Assembly: GCA_016748015.1 (NCBI GenBank)
Contig: JAAOMT010000135.1
Span: 699,326 to 763,325 of the forward strand
DNA length: 64,000 bases
From: Geosiphon pyriformis uo1
Taxonomy: Eukaryota > Fungi > Glomeromycota
Reading direction: 5' to 3'
The first letter of the stretch is position 1. Every line of letters begins with the position of its first letter. A program made the position numbers and the translations under genes. A model generated the notes under the pieces. The model did not search any database. It was not told the origin of the DNA and was given only the letters and a program-made list of their open reading frames with translations. Shown here in pieces: positions 49,561-59,228 of this stretch.

Positions 49561-52500
49561 GTAGTTTGATTTAGAAGATAGCTATGTGTAATGTTCGGAA
49601 CATTAATGTTCCTGCCAAGCAGAACAATGTTGTTTATTGGCACAAAGAGTCAAGTAATATGGTGTCTATAGTGACAAAGATGAAATTAAAGCCCAGCATT
49701 AAGCCATGGATTATGAACAAGTTTGAAGGTGTGCACATTTTTACATCTGGTCTAGACAGTGGGTTTCTTGGGGCTGGTGTGGCAATAATCATGGACAATT
49801 CTTTGGTTCAACATGTTTCTAAGAAAGAAAAAGTTCCTGATCACATTGTTTTAGTGTGTTTTCTTTTCAAAGGCAGAGTTTTGGTTTCAATTATTGGCTT
49901 GTATGCTTGTGCCTTTTCAGGTAACCAATTTAAACAGGCATTCTGTGTTAATTTTTTTATAGCTCGAATTGTTAATTCTAGCAGCTTTGTTGTCTTGGGT
50001 GGTAATTTTAATAAATGTAGTTCTAAAAAAAGTGCGAGTTATAGATTTTGTTTGGGTTTGGGCTTAGTTAATTCTTTTGGTGGACATTCTTTGGCTGGAG
50101 CTTTTACATGGAGCAACTTGAGGGGTGTTGAGAAAGTTATTGATCACATCTTGGTTAGTAAATCCCTAATTTCAGCTGTGGCAGGTCATAAGGTTGGCTT
50201 TGTGTCTGAATTTTTTGATATTAATCATAAAGCTGTCTCAGTCTTAGTGGGTTTGGGTGGGCTTTTGAATGTTCGATTGAGGGTTTTATGCAAACAAGTG
50301 AACAAAGATCATTGGAAATTCAAGTTAAAGGGCATGAATGTTAATGAGTAGAAAAGTTTTGCAGAGTGCTCTATGGGCAAATTTTTGAAAAGATCAGTTG
50401 ATTTTCATGTTGTGAAACACAATAGTAATTTGGATAATATATGGGATATTCTTAAAAGGGTGGTGGTTGATTCTGCTAATGAGGTATTCTTCAGACTCTG
50501 GTTTAGTGAGTTTGAAGGTGCTAGGAACAAGTTTTCTTCTAAGTTACACAGGTCGGAATTGCTGATGTCCAAAATTACCAGCAGTTTGAATTCGGGTCTG
50601 GTTTCAGAGACTGACTGCTTGGTTGGTACCTGGACAGGCATAGATAGCAATAAGGCATCCAAGGTTCGCATTATGATTGATAAGAGTGATAAGATTGAGG
50701 ACATTTTACATCATATCTCAGTTGTTAAAAGGGATTACCACAGGTCCAAGTATCACAAATTTAAAGTTGCCAGGAATGACTCCATCAAGAAGGCAGTGTC
50801 AAAATGCATGGAAAATTTTTGTGCAAATAAGAGACAAATGATAAACAGCATTTTAGATTGACTTTTCAGAAAAGTGGTTCTCGATCATTTGATTGTTAAC
50901 AATGAGCTTATCTTGAAGCTTCAGACAGTCAAGTCTTCAATTAATACTATAATAGAAGATTGGACAAGGAAATGCTTGGTTGCTGGTGCTCTGTCAGGTC
51001 ACTGGAATGCCCAATACACTCCTTTAAGTCACATTAATGATGATACATTTTCTGGAATTATGAGTGTTATTAGCATGGAAAAACTTCTGCAGATTATCAA
51101 AAACTTACCAGATAGCAAAACTGCTGGACTTTTTGGCATTCCCAATAAACTTTGGAAACATAGTGATTCTCTAGTTCTCAATAATTTTTTGAGCATTTTC
51201 AACAAGTGTTTGATGTCTGGAGAGGTTTCTAAGCAACAGAAGAGGTTCTGGGTTTCTATGATTCCTAAACCTTATAACTAGAAGGACATTCTTACTAATA
51301 CTAGACCAATTGCACTAATTAAAACTGCCCAGAAGATCTTGTTTAAGATTCTTTCAGACAGGATCTCTTTGGCTTATAGTAGATTTGACGTTTTACATGG
51401 TGACAATTTTTTGGTGTTAAAAGGCACTTCTACACAATCCCCTATTTTTGCTGTTGGCTCAATTGTTGAAGATGCTCTGAAGAAAAACAAAGAGTTGTGG
51501 TTGGTTCTTCAGGATATGCACAAGGCTTATAATTCTGTCGGATAGTCTTATTTACTCAATAATTTGGTCAAGATAAAAATGTGTCCCCATTTCATAAACT
51601 TTTTCAGTAACATATACAATAATAGATTCAATTGAGTTATGATGGATTTTGGTCTGTCTGATGGTTATGTTGTGCATGATGGCTTGGATCAAGGGGAGGT
51701 GTTTTCACTACTGCTGTAGCATATCTTCTATGATTTATTGTTATATGAAGTCAAGAAACATGAACAATTATATGGCTATCAGATGTGTTTAAGAGTCTAT
51801 GCCAAGTCTAGTAAACTTGACCCAAGTAATAATAAGACTTTGTTTTTTGCTGCAAGTGTCTTTGTTAATAACACAATATGGATTGGAAATTGCTTGGCGG
51901 CAACACAAAATATTTTGAATATAGTAAGTGAATTTTTTTCTATCAATGACATTTCAATTAATACTGAGAAAACTGTTGCTATTCCTATTAACAAGGTGTT
52001 AAAAAGGCTGAACTGTTTGTTAGTGGATTGAGAATTTTAGTGGCCAAAAGAGACAAGTTTCATTACTATTTGGGGATTTTCTTGTCAACTAAAGGCCTTT
52101 TTAAGCCAAGTCTAGCCAAAGCCCACAATGATGTCAAGTTTTTTTCTAATGTGGTTTTGAGAAAGGCCATTACTAAAAAACAATTTTTATATTTGGTTTC
52201 TGCTGTTCTACAGCCTATTATTTATTACAGACTTCAATTTAGCTTTGCTTCTAAGGGTGTTTGTGAAAAGTGAGACAAATTGCTAAAAAAGGGGCTTAAA
52301 TTTAAAGCAAATTTGCCTAAAGACTTTTCTAGTATGGCACTGCATCATCCTGAGCTGTATGGCCTGAAATCTTTTGAGCAAGTGCTTTCTGAAAGTTTGT
52401 TGGCCAACTTAATCAATTTTAGTAATGCTGGTGGAATTCTCGGCAGATTTTTTGACTATAGGACAATGGATTTATAGGCTGTCAGCTGGATGCTCTGGCA

Positions 52501-54241
52501 CCTTCTTTGTTTTCTGGTTATGTTACCTATCAATCCTCTGAATTGTTTTTTGGCTGGTGCTACACAAGTGCTCACTTTATGCAAAATCTCCTTAGGTGGT
52601 GCATTTCCTAATATTTTTTGGGCTGGGACTGGTGTGCTGATTTTGAACGTGCTGGGTCTGAATGGTTATTTGGACATTAGAAAATCTCTCATGAAATACG
52701 GCCTTATTTTTGCCAACCAACTTTTAGATCATCATGGCATATGCTTTATTTGGAACATCTTTTGCAGATAAAAAAAACTCAACCTAAGAGGTCCAATTTC
52801 TATCTGGTTTATTTCTGTTACTAATTTTGTCAAAGATGGCAGTTTGGATGTCAAAGTAACTGCAGCATCCCATTCTGCTTCCACCAAATTTTTCCATGAC
52901 ATTGGTTTTACTTTTAAGCATTTGTTGGCCTTTAAGCATGGATCTGTTGAAGTTTATACTAATGGGTCTGTCAAGGATTTAGGATTGATTGGTGCCTGTA
53001 GCAGCACTGCTGCTTACTTTCTAAGAGCCAATGCTAGCATTAGTGTAAAAGTTCTTGGCTTATTGTCCTTAACACTGGTGGAGCTGCAAGCTATTGTGTT
53101 GGCACTGGAGTGTGTACCTGTCTCTAGCATGATTAAATTGTTTACAGATAGTTAGGCATTGCTAAATATTTGTAAATTTGACATGGACATGTCTGATCCT
53201 AATTTTTGCTGCAAATGTTAGATCAAAAAAGAGCATATTCATCAGGTTATTTCAAGAAAGAATCTGTCAGTCACATAATAAAAGATCAAAGAACATTTTG
53301 GCATTGTCGAGAATGAACAAATGGAACTACTTGCTAATGTCACAGTTTTTTTTAAATCTTTACTGCCCCTGGACATGTCATATTACTTTTTTAGAGTTGA
53401 GGACAGATCTGTTTCTGGAAATGCATGTCATTTCATCAGAAACTTGTTTGACACTGTTAATTTTGTCAAGTAGTACTTCAGGTGTAGTGCTTGTGTTGTT
53501 GAGGTTGGTGATGCTGGTAAAGTCAATGCATCCAAGTCATACAGTATTTGGCATCCTGATGGTAGGATCTGCTCCAGTTATACCAGTTCATCTTCAGCTT
53601 TTTTGTAGTTCTATCTTATGAAATCTCTGCATTGTCGCCTGCTGGTTGCCATAAGAAAGAGATTGTACAATTCCAGATATCCTAGCGTGCTGTGTATTAG
53701 GTGTGGCATGGTCAAGACTTCTAATCATCTATTTTTATGCCAGCATGATGACAATGCCAAGAAAACTATATTGTTTTCCATTAGGAAAAAGTGGTGCAAG
53801 GTGGCTGGTAAGTCTGCTATAAGAGGTAAGGTAATATATTCTCTGTGTGAAGCTAAGTTATCCAATGATTTGTACATGTTGTTGGCCAAGAGATTTGTGT
53901 TGAAAAGCTGGTTGGCTGATGCTATCCAGTGCCTTGGCTCTGCTTCTGGTAGCTGTATGATTGTCGATTTAGTTCGTAGTTTCACAGAGTGCTATAGATC
54001 AGACATTTGGCTGTCTGCAGCCAAATTGAGTATCTTCTATGAAAAGCATGGTTTGTTACCATGTGATGAATCTGTAGTGCCTTCGGTTGCTAGTTTGTCA
54101 GACTTTTGGACTGTTGATGTCATCTGTAGTCTCAGTATTAGATTGGGTATTCATGTGAGCTTTGATTTGTGTCCCCATATTGCTGGTTTGGGTTTGGGTT
54201 TCTTGTGTAATATTCTTTTAATAGATTCTGTGAGTGTATAG
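49557..54241 (+). pseudogene. LINE ORF2: AP endonuclease, RT, RNase H, C-terminal zinc finger
   Basis: EN: CNVR, GGNFN (GDFN), IDHI, DINH. RT: RPIAL, QDMHKAYNSV, GLDQGEVFS, FVNN (FVDD). RNase H: YTNGS, ELQAI, FTDS. Zinc finger: CIRC...HLFLC. Confidence 0.92.
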
Positions 54242-54867
54242 TGCTGCCTTGACTGGGCCAAGTGTCTGGTCATGTGTAAAAAAGACATGAGCTACACTTA
54301 AATTGGAATCTTGTTTGATTTTATGTATTTAGGTAGTAGTTGGGCTGCATTCATAAAACTCTTAATAAAAAAAAAATAATAATAATTAATATTTTAACTA
54401 AATAATAAATAATAAAATATAAAAATAAAAATTATAATTTAAATTTTGTTTATTAATAACAATTTTAAATATTTACAAATTTAAATTGTGTTATTAAATA
54501 TAAATACTAAGTAAAAAAAAACATATTATTAATTTGTTAATTAAATTAATATTAAAATATATTTTGAATAATAAAATTATTAATATTAAAAAATTTTATT
54601 ATAATTAAAAATATGTAATATTTTGCCAAAAAAATTCAAATTAATATATTATATATATTATAAAACCTTTTATATAATTAAGTTTATTAATATTTTATTG
54701 GCTAATTAATTAGATTAAAATTATTTAAGTATACTATTTTAATAGTTTTTTCAAGTTAAATTTAATAATTATAAATTGCTAATTTTTATATATATATAAT
54801 AAAAATTTTACATAAGAAATTACCAATTATAATATAAAAAAAATTATATAATTTTGGTTATTATATT

Positions 54868-56010
54868 ATTTTTTTTTATTATGTTTTACAAGTGAGATCT
54901 AAACACTGTTCAGCACAATATATCAACATAAGTGATCTAAACTAGGTGTAAATTATGTTTTTTCTACATGTAACCAGCCACTTAAGCTGATTAAGACAAC
55001 ACTAAACACCTATATAAATCGAAACTGGGTTACTAACCCCCAAAAAAAACAAACAAGACTTACAAAACCCAAAACAAACACCAAATATCTTAGCAACACC
55101 AAACAACCTAATAACACCAGCAGACAATCCTAAAAACAGACCAAAAATCGAGATAGAAACCAAACTGCCTAGTAGAATCAGCCCATTTTTTTCCATAAAA
55201 ACATGATACTTAGCCTAAACCAACTAAATCTCATTCCTAAAAGTAAGGCAAAAAGTTTGCACAAATTCTACAACTTTTAGACACACTACTTTGGTGTCAC
55301 CAAAAATAAATACTGTTTTTTAGAGCCAACTTACAAAGACAAAACTCTTACAAATGACCATATACACATTAACATTAGAAGCACAAGATAATATTAGCTG
55401 AAACACACAAGAAGATGAACAAGAAAAACCAGAAAGTGCCCTTCAAAAAGCTGCATGAGCATCCAACAACCAGCTACAAGCAGACTTGTTAGCCATGCAA
55501 GAAAAAATGTAATCCAACACCTTAACATTACCACAATATAAACATGTTACACCAGAATAGCATTTGTTGTAAAATCACTTCTGTACAGCAACAAATAGCT
55601 GATAATACAAAGCTTTTATAAAATAAGTGCAGGCACCAGCAGAAAATCTACTGGTCAAACCAACAGCCATGTATAAGTCCAGATGTCACACCAAAAATGA
55701 ATTAAACTAATTAACATCTGAAAGCAAATTATCCACCAGAAACTTAAAACCAGAACCAACCTCCCAATAAGCATGATGCATGAACCAAAAAATATCATGA
55801 ATAAAGTGTCTTAAGCTATCAGAAACAATTTTATCTCCAGTTAGTATATAATATTCTTTTAATTGGAGAAGGAAACACTATTTAGAAAGGAAAACAATAT
55901 TAGCAAGTATGTCTGCATGTTCATTTCCTAACACACTTGAGTGACTCTTAATCTTGTGCCAGCTAACTCTTAAATTCTTATCACGAATAATACCCACAAT
56001 GTGCTGGCAT
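54868..56010 (-). mobile_element. LINE L2, 3' part (RNase H C-terminus, zinc finger, stop 55002-55004, 3' UTR), interrupted by F
   Basis: VSWHKIKSHSSVLGNEHADILA; 3' UTR motif shared with the other LINEs. Confidence 0.85.
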
Positions 56011-56990
56011 TGTTACTAGAAATTTTTGGTCTCTTTTCTGTAATGTTGTTGATACTTATTTGCTGTGAATTCACGTTTCCAGGAAATAGTTGGACCTCCA
56101 GTAACTGAATTTATCTTCAAATTATCTCCTATAATTTGAACTTGCTGGGCTTATGAGTGGAATAGCCAATTCTGTGCCAGTTGCTTTATGTAGTTACGTT
56201 GTAGTAAACGTCAACTCTTTCCCAGGAATTGCTCATCTGGAAGCTCACTAAAAATGTGTAGTTACTTTGCTGTGAAAGTTAACTCTTCTACAGGAATTTT
56301 GTTTGTAGGCTACCCTAATGATTGTAATAAGAAAAGAAAAGAAAAATAAAAGAAGTGTAAAAGAAATAGGATTTTATCAAGGGAACCGTTTTCTATCCAG
56401 GCCTGGAGTCACTAACAGTTTACTAAAATTGGTAGCTAATCAATTTCGAAATGTTAGTTGGGTTTTGGGAATTTTCCAAGTACAATAATTAAAGAATTTG
56501 GTTTTTCGAATTATTTGATATTTATTTCTTTTTGTGTATATAGGAACAGTTTTAAGAGATAAATCTAAAGTAAGATATATTTTCTTGAAGAGAGAAGCTC
56601 TTCTTTTATACAACTTGTCGTCACACTATTTTATGAACTTGAACTTTGCTATTTTCTACAATTTCGCTGAACTAAAGATATATTTCAGCAAACTACAAGT
56701 TATTTCGGTGAACTATTAGATATTTTGGTAAACTATCAATTATTTCGGCAAATTTCTACAAATTTCGGTGAACTTCTGAATGTTATATAGTTCGGGGTAT
56801 TGCATAATTGATCATCGCAATTAGGTTACATTTGTGTTGTGTACAATTTGGGTTATTAATTAAATGATAATTTTGGACATTTTTGCTAATGTAATAAGTG
56901 ATCATTTGAAATAATAATATATGCTAATTAATGATAGGAATTATAAGATAATTTTATGCTAAATAATATCTCTAATTTCGTCTGGTAACA
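56011..56990 (-). repeat. 3' LTR of F
   Basis: TGTTAC...GTAACA termini; expected TSD GCAT (56007-56010). Confidence 0.92.
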
Positions 56991-57678
56991 TAATCTCCTC
57001 CTCAAAACTGAGCTCCATCAAAGTCCAAGTACTGTTTGTTATTTCCAGATAATAATCCAAAATTATTGAAGAAATTTGGTCTGAAAATTGTTGAAATTTC
57101 AGTTCTGTGAGCTTTCCAATGTATTGAATCTTCAAAGGTTGAAAAATTGGGTTTTGTAGTACGTTTTCACAGGTGTGGAATAGGTCATAAAGTCTAAGAG
57201 CAGCTCTAAGCCTGTAGCAACTGTTTGTTGATCCAGCTGTTGTCTTGAATTCATTGTGAAGTTGTTTCTGAATAGCTTCTTTTGTGAGGTTTGTTGTTGT
57301 AAGTTCTAGTTTCTGTTCGTAGAGTGTTTTTTCAATGTAAAAATATCTATAGATTAGAGGATATTCAATGTTTTCCTCATTGAGACACAGTTGAAGTTTT
57401 TGTTGAATTGTAGCATTTGGTGGAATACTAATCGGAATGAGCATTAGGTTTTCTCTTAAAGCAAGCTTTAAAAGTTCTGGCAGGTGAATTCCAGTATAAT
57501 TTCTTGTGTTTTTTTTATATGGGTGATATTTTCGTGAATTTGGGGCTAATTTTGTAACTACTTCTGTTTGGGTATAATTTATGTGGTTTCCAGTAACAGT
57601 AATAGATAATTCAGGTATTGTTTTTAAAGCTAACATTAGTTTTTGGGATAATTGTTGAATGTTTTGAGGAATAATCAT
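56959..57678 (-). CDS. F ORF3, intact ~239-aa accessory protein of unknown function
   Basis: Open from ATG 57678 through the PPT into the LTR; homologous ORF in all other readable copies. Confidence 0.8.
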   Translation of the reverse strand: MIIPQNIQQLSQKLMLALKTIPELSITVTGNHINYTQTEVVTKLAPNSRKYHPYKKNTRNYTGIHLPELLKLALRENLMLIPISIPPNATIQQKLQLCLNEENIEYPLIYRYFYIEKTLYEQKLELTTTNLTKEAIQKQLHNEFKTTAGSTNSCYRLRAALRLYDLFHTCENVLQNPIFQPLKIQYIGKLTELKFQQFSDQISSIILDYYLEITNSTWTLMELSFEEEIMLPDEIRDII

Positions 57679-57793
57679 TATAAGCAATTTGAAAAATAAA
57701 AATTTATTTTTGGTGTATGGGTTTTTATGTTATTTTTGTTTTGTTTTTGTGAGATTGTTTCTAAATTATAAGAGAATAACTAGTAAAATTAAA

Positions 57794-59179
57794 TTAAGTG
57801 TTAAGGTTGGAAGGTTGTTCAATGACAACTATTGGTTTTAAGTTTCGGGGAATATCTTCGGGACTGACCAAAGAGAAATATGTACCAATTTGTGGAATTA
57901 ATAGTTCAGGATTGTTTCTGGAATGATAGTGTTTCAAACGATCTCCATGTGCAACTTTTGCTAGGATTTTGTCATCAAGTCTTAGCTTGTATGATCCATT
58001 GCCTAGGACTTCATGGATAAAGAATGGTCCATCCCATTTATTTTCAAATTTTCCACTCCATTGTTTTTCAGCTTTAGTTCTGTGTAAGAGAACTTTGTTT
58101 CCAATTTTGAATTTATTGGTAACTGAAGGCAATTTGTCATCATGCTGTTCTTTTTGTTAAGCTTGGAAGTATTCAATATGGGTGGCTGCTATTCGTCGTT
58201 TTTCTTCCAATGTGCTAAGCAGAGTGTAGGCTCTTTGTTGAAGCATTTCTTGGAAATTGTTTTCATCAATCGGTTGTGCTGGGTATGTTTCTACTGTGAA
58301 ACTAATTGGTAACATTGCCATCCTTCTATAAGTTAAATCAAATGGTGTGTGTTTTGTGGTATCTTGTTTTAATGTCCTATATGTTAGTAACACTGATGGA
58401 ATAAAGAGATCCCATTCTTGCTCAAAATCGGTTGAGACTTTGGCTAATGACTTACATAATGTTCTGTTAAAATGTTCCACAAGTTCATTTGTTTGTGGAT
58501 GGTAGGGCAAAGACAAAGGTCTTTTGACATTGAATCGTTCACAAATTTCTTGTATCAGGTTGTTCACAAAGTGTGTTCCCTGATCGGATAAAAGTTCAAT
58601 TGGACATTTATGTCTACAAATAATGTCTTTGTAGATGAAATTTGCTACTGATTTTGCATCTGTTCGTTGAATGGCTCTGGCTTCAGGCCATTTAGTAAGA
58701 TAGTCTACAGCTACTGCAATATAACGGTTTCCTTAAGTGGTAATAGATAGTGGTCCGACTAAATCGATACCAACTCTGTCAAAAGGCTGTCCAACTTTGA
58801 TTGGATTTAAAGGTTCTGTAGGGCAAGTTCCTCTTCTTCTTTGACAACTATCACAAGATTCAACATATTCGTGAATGTCTTTTCTCATTCGAGGCCAAAA
58901 GTAGTATTCTAGTGTTCTTTGAGTGGTGCTATCTTTTCCGAAATGTGCTGATGAAGGATTTGAGTGCATATTGTATAAAATGGTCTCTTTTTCCTGTTTT
59001 TGTATTAATCTGAGTGGTTTGGTTGGGTTTTTGAAATTTCAATGATAGATAATGTTGTTGTGTAGAAAATATTGTTTGGCTTGTTGTTGTAACCAATGTT
59101 TTTTGTCTGAGAACCAATCTGTTGGGATTGTTAATGTCTCCAAATATTGTTTGAGATTGTTGTAGTTTTCGGGATTCAT
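57794..59179 (-). pseudogene. F integrase, separate ORF (462 codons)
   Basis: Starts MNPENYNNL; HSNPSSAH...CDSCQ; GIDLVGP; SDQGTHF; WDGPF; all fragments are in one frame. Confidence 0.93.
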
Positions 59180-59228
59180 TGTTTGTTGTTTTGATGCTGT
59201 TAATTCAAATGGGTGTTGGTTTTGTTTT

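Larger units (their letters stand above)
47568..54385 (+). mobile_element. Full-length non-LTR retrotransposon L1 (APE-type LINE with RNase H; clade not determined)
   Basis: Pyrimidine-rich 5' end, ORF1, ORF2, ~120-nt 3' UTR and A/(TAA)n tail; ends are approximate. Confidence 0.92.

Noticed and set aside
56959-57687. ORF3 as an envelope gene
   Set aside because: No signal peptide, furin site or transmembrane anchor visible, and it is short.
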